A DNA stretch of 64,000 bases from Candidatus Latescibacterota bacterium. Its GTDB lineage: Bacteria > Latescibacterota > UBA2968 > UBA8231. This document shows, piece after piece, positions 10,292 through 19,570 of this stretch. Where the stretch lies: contig OZ241867.1 of the NCBI GenBank assembly GCA_965203175.1, forward strand, positions 1,248,001 to 1,312,000, given 5' to 3'. The translations under genes were made by a program, and so were the position numbers. The notes under the pieces were generated by a model. It worked only from the letters and a program-made list of their open reading frames with translations, ran no database searches and had not been told where the DNA came from. Position 1 is the first letter of the stretch. Every line of letters begins with the position of its first letter.

Positions 10292-10948
10292 TTACGTTTC
10301 GTCAGTTAGTTTTTGCCGCAGGAGCACCATGGCTTTTTCGATGCGAGCTAGCTCCATGCGTTGCGCTAGGAGGAGAAACAGCAGTAGGAAGAACGCCGCG
10401 CAGCAGATCCACTTGGCGTATTGCATCGTCGGCTCGAGTTCTACATTGCGCGGCGGGTGTAGCTGTTGATCGGCGGCCCATAGATCGACAGCGTAGTACA
10501 CCAAAGGAACGTTGACAAAGGCGAGAATGCCCAGTACAGCACTGATGCGTTGTACTGGGCCGTATCCTCGCACCATTAGGTAGGCCACATAGATGGTGAA
10601 AGTAATTAGCATTGAGGTCAAGCGCGGCTCCCATCGCCAGTAAACCCCCCAGATGGGTTTGGCCCACAAGGGCCCCGTGATCAGCACGATCAACGCAAAG
10701 ATCACGCCCAATTCAGCGGAGCATAGCGCTAGGCGATCCCACTTGTCCTCGCGAGTGCGCAGATACTGTATGCTGCCAACGAATACCAGAAAAAAGGCCA
10801 GAAACGAAGAAAACGCCGCCGGCACGTGAAAATAGAAGATTCGCTGGACGATTCCCATTTCTTTTTCAGTAGGGACCCACAGAAAAATCGCGCCCAAGGC
10901 GACGAGCATGACCACGAAAACCAAACAGGAGAATGGGACCGAGCGCAT
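10292..10948 (-). CDS. ccmC: Heme exporter / cytochrome c biogenesis protein CcmC
   Basis: IFYFHVPAA, WAKPIWGVYWRWEPRLT tryptophan-rich motif. Confidence 0.93.
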   Translation of the reverse strand: MRSVPFSCLVFVVMLVALGAIFLWVPTEKEMGIVQRIFYFHVPAAFSSFLAFFLVFVGSIQYLRTREDKWDRLALCSAELGVIFALIVLITGPLWAKPIWGVYWRWEPRLTSMLITFTIYVAYLMVRGYGPVQRISAVLGILAFVNVPLVYYAVDLWAADQQLHPPRNVELEPTMQYAKWICCAAFFLLLFLLLAQRMELARIEKAMVLLRQKLTDET

Positions 10949-11625
10949 CATTCCTCGATTGCGTATTCAAAGAGCATTAGCGAGAGCACGGTGAAAACTA
11001 CCGCGTACACTCCCAACATTTGCAGGTGCGGAAAGAGCTTTTCGCAACAGTCATTGGCCAGCACCAGTCCCGTCGCCTCCACGCAGGAAATCAACGCCGG
11101 CAAGATCATAGGCAAGAGCAAAAGGGGCATCATTAGTTCGCGCAAACGCATGTTGTTCGACAATGCCGCAAAGAGCGTGCCCACCGACGCCAAACAAGCC
11201 GACCCTAGGATGAAGATGGCCAGCAAAGGAACCAAGGATAATCTCAGGGACAGGTTAAAGAAGAGGGCGAAAAAGGGCAAACTCAGAAGTTCAACCGCTA
11301 AGAGAAAAACAAGATTGCCCAGCATTTTACCTAGGTAGATGGAACTGCGGTCCCCCGGTGCTAGCAGTAGCGCGTCGAGCGCGTCGTTGTCGCGTTCATC
11401 GGCAAAAGAGCGGCTCAGACTCAACAAGCTGGCTAAAACGTAGGACGACCAGAGTGTGCCAGGCCCAATCTCGCGCAGAGCGGCCCCGCCTAGATCGAAG
11501 GAAAAGTTGAATACCAGCAACATCAACAGTATAAAGAATACCATCGGGCTGAGACGCGCCTTAGTGCGCCACTCGGCCTTCAGATCCTTGCGCAGTATCG
11601 CCAGCGCACGCCCTAAAAAGCTCAT
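10948..11625 (-). CDS. ccmB: Heme exporter permease CcmB
   Basis: KDLKAEWR, RSFADERD, IYLGK, LLLPMILP; position between ccmA and ccmC. Confidence 0.9.
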   Translation of the reverse strand: MSFLGRALAILRKDLKAEWRTKARLSPMVFFILLMLLVFNFSFDLGGAALREIGPGTLWSSYVLASLLSLSRSFADERDNDALDALLLAPGDRSSIYLGKMLGNLVFLLAVELLSLPFFALFFNLSLRLSLVPLLAIFILGSACLASVGTLFAALSNNMRLRELMMPLLLLPMILPALISCVEATGLVLANDCCEKLFPHLQMLGVYAVVFTVLSLMLFEYAIEE

Positions 11626-12362
11626 GAGCCAGCGTCGAGATAGGGCGCACAAATCCTGCGCAGTTGGTTAGAATCTTTCGTCAGGACCTGGTCCAAGCGC
11701 CATTGGCCGCGTTCGACCACCAACAGGCGATCTACTAGGCCATCGGCCTCGTCGAGGCGATGCGTCACCAAGATGCAGGTGCACCCCTCTTGCCGAAGGC
11801 GGAGTACGAGGCGGTGCAATGCAGCGCTGGCACTGGAATCGAGGCCGGTAAACGGCTCGTCAAGCAAGAGAATAGAGGGGCCATGCAGGATGGCACGGGC
11901 AATTGCTAGACGCTGCTTCATACCGCGAGAGAACGACCCCACGCGCTGGTCGAGTCGCTCGTGCGTCGCCAATACTGGCGACGGAAAGCACAGACCAACA
12001 GCCGCTAAGACCTCCTCGAGCCGTTCGTCTGGATTGGCCAATCCATAGAGTTGGGCGAAGAAGCGCAAGTTCTCTCGCGCCGTCAGTTCGTCGTAGAGTA
12101 AGGTCTGGTGCGAAAGCAGTCCGATTTCTGTCCGTGCCTCGGGGATGCGTTGGGGATCGCGACCGTTGACCTTCACTTTCCCCTCCGAAGGTCGGCAGAG
12201 GCCGGCCACCAGCCGCAGCAGGGTACTCTTGCCCGCGCCATTGGCACCAACAAGTAGTACCGCTTGGCCGCGCGGGATGACCAGATCAGTGGGATGCAAG
12301 GCTGTGTGGGTGCCAAAGCGCTTGGCCGCACCTTCCAAGACGATTGCGTCGTCTCCACCCAT
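11622..12362 (-). CDS. ccmA: Heme ABC exporter ATPase CcmA
   Basis: GANGAGKST, FSRGMKQR, LLLDEP; ccm context. Confidence 0.88.
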   Translation of the reverse strand: MGGDDAIVLEGAAKRFGTHTALHPTDLVIPRGQAVLLVGANGAGKSTLLRLVAGLCRPSEGKVKVNGRDPQRIPEARTEIGLLSHQTLLYDELTARENLRFFAQLYGLANPDERLEEVLAAVGLCFPSPVLATHERLDQRVGSFSRGMKQRLAIARAILHGPSILLLDEPFTGLDSSASAALHRLVLRLRQEGCTCILVTHRLDEADGLVDRLLVVERGQWRLDQVLTKDSNQLRRICAPYLDAGS

Positions 12363-13435
12363 CACACTTCAAGCGCTTGAGTCAGGGCAACAGCTTCGCG
12401 CATCAGATGCGCCCGCTGGTCCATGTAATGCGGATCTTCGGGCCGACCGGCAAAAGAATCGTCGAGCCGAGCGATTTCCTCAATGAGATGCTGTCGCCGT
12501 TCCTGTGCGTGGGCGCGATCAGTGCCTAGGTGTTGACGGCTCAATGCTAGCGCGACACCTCCGGCGACGAATGCGCCCGCCAGCGCAGCCCATTTGAGCG
12601 ACCAACGCAGCGAGGGGGCAAGGGGTAAGGGAATCGCCACCCGCTGGTTTGGCTGTAAGTTTTCTAGGACCATTTTTTGGTACCGACGTCCGTGCTGTTC
12701 GATAATACCTAAGTCGATAAAGGGTGGTTCGATGTCTATGGAAGGAGGATCGAGAAAAACCTCCAAGCGGCCGGTAGGATAGACCACCTGATGCACATAG
12801 GGACTGGCGAATTCGCGTGCGTCGAGGTTAAAAGAAAAACTCCGCTGCGAGCGGCCTGGAGGCAGAGGTTGGTTGTCGAAGAAACGGTCTTCTCCAGCTT
12901 GGTGGAGCAGACCCGAGTGGCTTTGGAGGTTGAACAGGCCCATTGGCAAAGCCAGTTCGGTCACCCGACGCTCACGCCCGTCGCCGCGGCCTGAGTACGT
13001 GCGCTCTAGGGTGTTGTGAATTTGCAGGAGTTGGATACACTCAATCGCGTTCTCGCGCAGCGAAAAAAAGAGATGATGAGTACCGATTCGGATTCCGGAG
13101 GGGTCATTGGTTTTTTCGTAAACCTCGAGGATGATCTGTTGCTGTGCGCCGGCCTCAAGGGTCGAAGAGAAGTAGGGGATGTCGTCGTAGTAGGCAGCCA
13201 GCCCGAAGTGGAGTCCGCTCTGTAGGAAGGGGCCGGCAAAAGAGAAGCGCCCCTCGGCGTCGGTTTCCTTGCGCAGCATCTCGAGTATCTGTCCGTCTTG
13301 GTGAACGTAGAAAGCCACGGGAATGCCCGAGATCCGCGCTTGAGTGAAAGGGTTTAGTACATAACCGTTGATCGCCGTGCCCCACAGATCGGAAGCGCAA
13401 AGGACGATTGCGGCGCAAAGCAAGCGCAGGATCAT
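12362..13435 (-). CDS. Exported, C-terminally anchored hypothetical protein (prealbumin/carboxypeptidase-regulatory-like N-domain) in the ccm operon
   Basis: Signal peptide, TDAEGRFSF motif, C-terminal TM and helical tail. Confidence 0.6.
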   Translation of the reverse strand: MILRLLCAAIVLCASDLWGTAINGYVLNPFTQARISGIPVAFYVHQDGQILEMLRKETDAEGRFSFAGPFLQSGLHFGLAAYYDDIPYFSSTLEAGAQQQIILEVYEKTNDPSGIRIGTHHLFFSLRENAIECIQLLQIHNTLERTYSGRGDGRERRVTELALPMGLFNLQSHSGLLHQAGEDRFFDNQPLPPGRSQRSFSFNLDAREFASPYVHQVVYPTGRLEVFLDPPSIDIEPPFIDLGIIEQHGRRYQKMVLENLQPNQRVAIPLPLAPSLRWSLKWAALAGAFVAGGVALALSRQHLGTDRAHAQERRQHLIEEIARLDDSFAGRPEDPHYMDQRAHLMREAVALTQALEV

Positions 13436-13438
13436 GGT

Positions 13439-13876
13439 TCAGCTAGATTCCACTAGGGAGGCTCCGCATTGCGGACAGAACAAATCGCCCTCGCGGCGCA
13501 GAGTCCCACAGCTATGGCAACGAGAAGCGGCGGTCTTTTGGCGCAGAGCCGCGACCTCTTTCTCTATGCGTCGTTCGAGTTTAGAGCTGCTCGCGCCGTT
13601 GAGCCGATCCAACTCGCCTATAACTGCCAGCGTCTCGGCCTCCAGTTCGGCGCAGAGCCGCTGAAAATCCTCTGCGGACACTTTACCGAGCTCGCGGTCA
13701 AGTTCCAACTCGACGATCTCGCCCAAGAGCTGCTCCTTGCGCTCAAAAAGTTGCCGCGTCGGCCCACTCGCCGCGCTCGTTCGCCCGCTCGTTAGGAGGG
13801 GATGTCCCAGATAGAGCAATAGCCCCAACAGCAGAGCGACTGAACACAATATGGGTAAGAGTCCTATCTCGTTCAT
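13439..13876 (-). CDS. Membrane-anchored zinc-ribbon protein (CcmI-N-like coil plus CxxC...CxxC)
   Basis: N-terminal TM, ELELDRELGKVSAEDF, CHSC...FCPQCG. Confidence 0.7.
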   Translation of the reverse strand: MNEIGLLPILCSVALLLGLLLYLGHPLLTSGRTSAASGPTRQLFERKEQLLGEIVELELDRELGKVSAEDFQRLCAELEAETLAVIGELDRLNGASSSKLERRIEKEVAALRQKTAASRCHSCGTLRREGDLFCPQCGASLVESS

Positions 13877-13929
13877 TATAAATATATATTAGGCTCTCAC
13901 AGGCCTAGGCCCGCGTCGGTTCGGTCGAA

Positions 13930-16386
13930 CTAGTCATCGTCGTAGTGATCCAATTCGCGTCTCAGGCGATCCGCGTCTTGGCTGCGGTCGGTTGGAGAGG
14001 GCTTGGACTGTAGAGTTGCTTGGCCTTGGCCCTTCCAGCGAACTAGCAGTGTGCGCACTAAGGCGACGCCAAATAAAAGAGCCAAAAAGGGAGCGACCCA
14101 AGCTAGCAAGTTAAAGCCCTCATGCGGCGGGGTGGCTAAGACCATCAGGCCAAAACGCGCTACATAGCCATCGACGATCTGCTGCCGAGTCTGACCCTGG
14201 TCTAGGGCCAAGCCAATCGCCCCGCGTTCGGGAACCGCGAAGTCAGTACAAAGACAGGTGGCTAGGGATTCCCGAGGGCAATTGCCGCAGAGACAGACCA
14301 ATTCCGCAGCCACGGCCTTGATTTCCGCCGTTGTTGCCGCCCCCACCGGCGAGAAGCCCAACACCAACGCAGCGAGCACAGACACGTACGTACGAGACTT
14401 TTGTGCGATGGCTGCTCCAAGTGCGGTCTCGCGATCCATCCGTGCCAGCCGCCGGTCTCGCGGCGTAGGCCACATCGCCCACAGGGCACCGATCACTAGG
14501 ACGACTGCACCGAGCCACACGAAGTTGATTAGCGGGTTGATATAGACTTGGAATTTGGCGCTCTGGTCTTCGGCAGCCCCCACCAGAATTACATAGAAGT
14601 CCTCGCGCCATGTCGAGTAAATGGAGACTTCAGTAGTACCTTGGTCAAAAGTAGGGTAGTAGCGTCGCTCCGGCAGCAGCGTGCCGAGGAATTGATCGTC
14701 TCGGTGCAGGGCCAAGGCCGCGGCGGTAGTGCTGTGATTGGCGTTTGCGGCGAAGGCCAGCGACGCGAAGGTAATCTGGTATTCGCCGACCTGACGCGAA
14801 GCCCCTTGGTCAAGGACGACTTCGGCTTCTTGGGTAAAGGCTTTGCCAGTGAAGCCAGCAAAGAGCAACACCAGCCCAAGGTGGGTTAAATACCCGCCGT
14901 AGCGTCGCCGGTTCTTGGCGCAGAGGCGATACAATGCCACTGGATAGGACTCGCCCGTACTGTGCATTCTCGCCCGCGCTCCGGCGTGGAATTCGGAAGT
15001 GAGCGCGACGAGCACGAAGACGCACAGCCCGAACGACATTACGACATAGGGATCGCGCACGCCGAGGAGAAAAAAGACCCCGCAAGAAAGTACGCTCGCC
15101 GTCACCGGGCGGATGAAGTTCTTGCGTAGACTCTCGCGGGAGGTGCGGCGCCAGGCGAAGAGCGGACCAGCACCCGTCAACAACAAGAGTACTAAGCCGA
15201 TGGGAATAGTAACTTGGTTAAAAAAGGGAGGGCCGACCGTGATTTGCTCGTTGGTCAAGGCTTCGGAGACCAGTGGGAAGACCGTGCCCCAGAACACGGC
15301 GAAGAGCATCCCCAAGAGAACCCAGTTGTTGAGCAAGAAAGCTGTCTCGCGCGAGGCAAAAGACTCCAAGCGATTCTCGGCCTTGAGCAAAGGGTGCCGC
15401 AGCCACAAAAGCCCAAAAGAAAAAATCAGCGTCAGGACTAGAAACGTGCCAAAAAAAGGGCCGATATTGGATTGGGCAAAGGCGTGTACCGAGGAGATGA
15501 TGCCACTGCGGGTCATAAAGGTGCCGAAGAGGCACAGCGCGTACGTGAGAATCGCCAGGGCCACATTCCACACCTTGAGCATGCCCTTGCGCTCTTGAAT
15601 CATAATCGAGTGCAGAAAAGCGGTGGCGATCAGCCAAGGCATCAGCGAAGAGTTCTCCACCGGATCCCAAGCCCAATATCCACCCCACCCCAGTTCGACA
15701 TAGGCCCACTTGCCGCCTAGCAGGAGGCCGAAGCCGAGAAAGGTCCAAGGGATGAGCATCCAGCGGCGCGCAGCTCGGAGCCAAGTAGCGTCCAACTTGC
15801 CGGTCAAGAGCGCGGCGATGGCAAAGGCAAAGGGTACGACCATGCCCACCATCCCCAGGTAGAGCATCGGTGGATGAATGGCCATGACGGGGTGTTGTAG
15901 AATCGGGTTGAGTCCGCGACCGTCCTCTGGCGTGAAGGGTAGGCGCTGGAACGGGTCGGCGGCAAAAAGGTGCACGATGCAAAAGAAGAAGCTGGTAGCG
16001 GATAGGGTCGCTACCGCATAGGGCATCAATGCGCGATAGCGCTGGCGGTAGAGTGCCGCCAAGCCCGCCGAGTAGATGGACAGGATCCAGCCCCAAAACA
16101 ACAGCGACCCGTTCTGCCCACCCCATAAAGATGTTATTAAATAGAACAAAGGCATGGCGCGGTTGCTGTTTTCGGCCACGTACTCGACTTGGAAGTCGTG
16201 GGAGAGGATAGCGTGCCACAGCGCGAGAACTGCCAGCGTCAGCAGGGCACAGGTCGCCAAGACCCCGTTTTCGCCCGAGCGCACCAGCCCCAAGTGGCCA
16301 CGCCTCGCCCCAAGAGCCGACGCCAGAGCTCCATAGCCGGACGCTAGGAGCGCGAGGCACAAGGCAAAATAGCCGATATCAACCAT
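13930..16386 (-). CDS. ccmF: Heme lyase CcmF fused to a C-terminal CcmH-like domain
   Basis: HPPMLYLG, WGGYWAWDPVEN, SVHAF; C-terminal LVCLCGNC...YVARFG..VLATPP. Confidence 0.93.
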   Translation of the reverse strand: MVDIGYFALCLALLASGYGALASALGARRGHLGLVRSGENGVLATCALLTLAVLALWHAILSHDFQVEYVAENSNRAMPLFYLITSLWGGQNGSLLFWGWILSIYSAGLAALYRQRYRALMPYAVATLSATSFFFCIVHLFAADPFQRLPFTPEDGRGLNPILQHPVMAIHPPMLYLGMVGMVVPFAFAIAALLTGKLDATWLRAARRWMLIPWTFLGFGLLLGGKWAYVELGWGGYWAWDPVENSSLMPWLIATAFLHSIMIQERKGMLKVWNVALAILTYALCLFGTFMTRSGIISSVHAFAQSNIGPFFGTFLVLTLIFSFGLLWLRHPLLKAENRLESFASRETAFLLNNWVLLGMLFAVFWGTVFPLVSEALTNEQITVGPPFFNQVTIPIGLVLLLLTGAGPLFAWRRTSRESLRKNFIRPVTASVLSCGVFFLLGVRDPYVVMSFGLCVFVLVALTSEFHAGARARMHSTGESYPVALYRLCAKNRRRYGGYLTHLGLVLLFAGFTGKAFTQEAEVVLDQGASRQVGEYQITFASLAFAANANHSTTAAALALHRDDQFLGTLLPERRYYPTFDQGTTEVSIYSTWREDFYVILVGAAEDQSAKFQVYINPLINFVWLGAVVLVIGALWAMWPTPRDRRLARMDRETALGAAIAQKSRTYVSVLAALVLGFSPVGAATTAEIKAVAAELVCLCGNCPRESLATCLCTDFAVPERGAIGLALDQGQTRQQIVDGYVARFGLMVLATPPHEGFNLLAWVAPFLALLFGVALVRTLLVRWKGQGQATLQSKPSPTDRSQDADRLRRELDHYDDD

Positions 16387-16418
16387 AAAGAATCGGGAAA
16401 AGCCAAAAGGCGTGCGGG

Positions 16419-16853
16419 CTAGCCTTTCGGGCTATTCATCGCCTGCACGTGGCCTTCATAGCTTTGTCCCTCGTATTTGGAGGGGCATTTGGCAAAGACG
16501 ATCTCAGCGGCAAAGATCTGATCGGCTGGATGGTATTCGCCTTCGAGAACTACCAGTGCCTCGTCTTTGAAGGTATCGGGCAGCACTGCGTGTCCGACGT
16601 AGCGCACCCGCAGAGTGTGTTGTCCGTCGGTGATCACAAATTCGGGGCGCGAGCGATATCGGTCCCACTCAATCGAACCGGACACTACCGTGCCGCCACC
16701 TAACTGGATGCGCTGGCCCTTGTCTATAGCTCCGTCCATCAGGGTTTGCAGCGTCATATGAGTCGCTGTTGACTGTTGGACGCCGGCAATGAAAAGGTAG
16801 ATCAGGCCCGCAGCGATGGCTAGGGAGCCAAGGGTAAATTTGTGCCGTCTCAT
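16419..16853 (-). CDS. ccmE: Heme chaperone CcmE, CxxxY variant
   Basis: LPDTFKDE..VVLEG, FAKCPSKY; ATG at 16853 (MRRHKF) precedes the TM anchor. Confidence 0.9.
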   Translation of the reverse strand: MRRHKFTLGSLAIAAGLIYLFIAGVQQSTATHMTLQTLMDGAIDKGQRIQLGGGTVVSGSIEWDRYRSRPEFVITDGQHTLRVRYVGHAVLPDTFKDEALVVLEGEYHPADQIFAAEIVFAKCPSKYEGQSYEGHVQAMNSPKG

Positions 16854-16920
16854 AAAAATAAATCTGCTCAATTTCTCTTTCTTGTGCAACGAGGACACCC
16901 GTTGGCGAGAAGGGCCGCGT

Positions 16921-18060
16921 TCACACTTCGAGCACCTTGGGCAGACTGGATAGGTTTTCGTAGCCGTCTTCGCAAACGACGACCGTATCTTCGATCCGCA
17001 CACCCCCCAAGCCTCGGTAGTAGAGCCCAGGCTCCATCGTCACGACGTGCCCTGATTCGAGCACGTCGCCGTGCGGGCCGATCCTCGGTCCCTCGTGGAT
17101 CTCCAGACCTAGCCCATGCCCCGTGCTGTGGATGTAGCCCTGCATATAGCCGTCTTTCTCTCCCGTCTCGTAGCCGGCGTCGTTGAAGAATCGTTGGATT
17201 GATTCGTGAATAAGGTGGCCTTCGGCACCCGGACGGATGTGGTCCAAGCCCAATTGTTGAGCCTCCAGCACGGTTTCGTATAGGTGCTGCATCGGCTTGG
17301 ATGCCTGTCCCTTGCAGACGGTCCGCGTCAGATCTCCGTAGTATCCACTCGCCTCGTCGCGCGGAAAAATGTCGATAATGATGGTCTCACTGGCGCGCAA
17401 AGGCCCAAAGCCCACTTGGTGTGGATCGCAGCCTTGGTCGCCGCCGGCGATGATGGTGTGTTCGCCAATACTGTCGCAGTCCATTAGCGTCTGATGCACC
17501 ATGCGCCGCAATCGCTCTGAAGTGAGTACCGCGCCGTTGAGGAAGAGCACGTCGCCGCGCACTTCGGCTGCGCGCAACCCCTCAATCGCGGTTTCCATGC
17601 CCGCTTCGGCGGCCCGCATCGCCCGGCGCATGCTCTCGATTTCTTCGGCGTCTTTGACTTTGCGCTGGGGAAAGAGTGGCTCGGCCGCAATGACGAGCTC
17701 GATGCCCTCCCCCCGCAGAAAATCAGCCGTACCAAGGGGAAAATCAGCAGGCACTTGCAGCTTCACCAAGCCGAGGGCGCGCAAAAGTTCCGACAAGACG
17801 GCGTTGCTATTGGGCCGCTTCTGGCTTCTTTCCTTGGCTTGCTTCTCGTACTGGGCATAAGGCAATACTCGGTTGACGCAGGCTTGGTTGCGCGCGCGGT
17901 CGATCTCGAGAATGTTGGCGAGCATGATTTTTTCGCTGGGAGTCCACAAAAAGACGAAGGGATCAGGAGCGCGGAAGCGGGTGGCGTAGAACAGATTGGC
18001 GCAGCGTTCACTGCTGCCGATCATCAGCAGGGCATCAGCACCTTGTAAGTCGGGCGTCAT
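16921..18060 (-). CDS. Xaa-Pro aminopeptidase (M24)
   Basis: IIDIF, GDLTRT, HSTGHGLGLEIHE, TMEPGLY, GVRIED. Confidence 0.93.
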   Translation of the reverse strand: MTPDLQGADALLMIGSSERCANLFYATRFRAPDPFVFLWTPSEKIMLANILEIDRARNQACVNRVLPYAQYEKQAKERSQKRPNSNAVLSELLRALGLVKLQVPADFPLGTADFLRGEGIELVIAAEPLFPQRKVKDAEEIESMRRAMRAAEAGMETAIEGLRAAEVRGDVLFLNGAVLTSERLRRMVHQTLMDCDSIGEHTIIAGGDQGCDPHQVGFGPLRASETIIIDIFPRDEASGYYGDLTRTVCKGQASKPMQHLYETVLEAQQLGLDHIRPGAEGHLIHESIQRFFNDAGYETGEKDGYMQGYIHSTGHGLGLEIHEGPRIGPHGDVLESGHVVTMEPGLYYRGLGGVRIEDTVVVCEDGYENLSSLPKVLEV

Positions 18061-18064
18061 GGTT

Positions 18065-19570
18065 TTACTCCGGAATCTTCAGCGTCCGGACATTGATTCC
18101 GGTCTCGGGCCGCCAAAACCAAAACAACGCAGACTGTCCCTCTTCCAGCCCGGAAACAAAGCGCACAAATTGCTCCAGTGAGGTAACGCGTTCTTGATCC
18201 ACCTCGGTAATCACATCGCGCACTTGAATCCCTTTGTCCGCGGCCAGCCCCTCCGGATCTACTTCAACTACCACTACCGGCTCCTCGCCTTGTTCAAATC
18301 CCAGTTCAGCCGCCAACTCGCCGACAAATCCCAACTCAGTGGCCAACTCGGCGGGCAAGGATTCAACTGAGAACCCTAGCTGTGCCATCCGCTGATGACC
18401 CTCGGAAAGGAGTCGGTCGTCTTCGCGCTCGCCGAGCACCACAGCGACTTGGCGGACTTGATTCTGGCGCATGATTTGCAGGTTGATCGTCTCGCCTGGG
18501 TCGCGGCCGTAGATCAGCGTCTGCAGGTCGTTGAAGTGATTCACCTCGATACCATCGAGCGACAGTACGACGTCTCCGACGAGTAGGCCACCGCGCTCGG
18601 CGGGGCTGTTGGGCTGCACTTGTCTGAGGTAAACGCCCCGTGGCCATTCCATGTTGAGGCCGTGCTTGCGGATTAGCTCTTGAGTCATCTCAGATTCCAT
18701 GGTCACGCCCAAATGGCCGCGTACGATCCGTCCATGGACTAGCAGATCATCTACCACTTCGCGCGCTAGATTGATCGGCACGGCCAGCCCGTAGCCGATG
18801 TAGTAACCAGTGCGCGTTGAAATGGCCGTGTTGATTCCAACTACTCTGCCCTGTAGGTCGAGTAAGGGGCCGCCGGAGTTGCCGGGATTAATCACGGCAT
18901 TAGTCTGGATGAAACTCTCGATGGCGTAGCGACTTTCTTCGTTTTGGTTGAAAATGCCTGCTTGGCGCCCTAGGGCGCTGACGATCCCGTGCGTCAACGT
19001 TGATCCCATGCCCAAGGGATGGCCAATGGCCAGCACCCAATCGCCGATTTGCAAAAGGTCTGAATCGGCCAACTGCACCGTAGGCAACCCTTGAGCTTCA
19101 ACCTTGAGCAGGGCGATGTCAATCAACGAATCGAAGCCGATAACCTTAGCCTGATAGGTGCGGCGGTCAGAGAGGGTGACTCGGATGGAGTCGGCTTCGG
19201 CAACGACGTGGTAATTGCTCAGAATGTAGCCGTCGTCGCTGACGATGGTACCCGAACCCATGCCGCGAAAATCTTCTGGGATTTCCCGGTGTTCGGGAAT
19301 TTCCGGGTGGAAAGGAGGCAATGCACGCTTTCGCCATGTTCGGGTCGTCGCCGCGATTAAAACCACAGCCGGACGCACTTGTTCATAGGCTTGGCGGAAA
19401 GCCCGGCTGAGGTCCGCTAGTGGCTGGGTGCTCTCCACTGGCACTTGCGCCCCGGCCGGGCGCGTGCCCACGAGCAACGCAGCAATAAAGGCGATGCCCA
19501 CCCTCGGGCGACAAATGCTGGACAAGGGAGAGGGGTTGTCGCGCCTGACGGCGCGGAGAAGGCGCTTCAT
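18065..19570 (-). CDS. HtrA/DegP-family serine protease with two PDZ domains
   Basis: GSG, SNYHVV, DIALLK, INPGNSGGPL. Confidence 0.93.
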   Translation of the reverse strand: MKRLLRAVRRDNPSPLSSICRPRVGIAFIAALLVGTRPAGAQVPVESTQPLADLSRAFRQAYEQVRPAVVLIAATTRTWRKRALPPFHPEIPEHREIPEDFRGMGSGTIVSDDGYILSNYHVVAEADSIRVTLSDRRTYQAKVIGFDSLIDIALLKVEAQGLPTVQLADSDLLQIGDWVLAIGHPLGMGSTLTHGIVSALGRQAGIFNQNEESRYAIESFIQTNAVINPGNSGGPLLDLQGRVVGINTAISTRTGYYIGYGLAVPINLAREVVDDLLVHGRIVRGHLGVTMESEMTQELIRKHGLNMEWPRGVYLRQVQPNSPAERGGLLVGDVVLSLDGIEVNHFNDLQTLIYGRDPGETINLQIMRQNQVRQVAVVLGEREDDRLLSEGHQRMAQLGFSVESLPAELATELGFVGELAAELGFEQGEEPVVVVEVDPEGLAADKGIQVRDVITEVDQERVTSLEQFVRFVSGLEEGQSALFWFWRPETGINVRTLKIPE

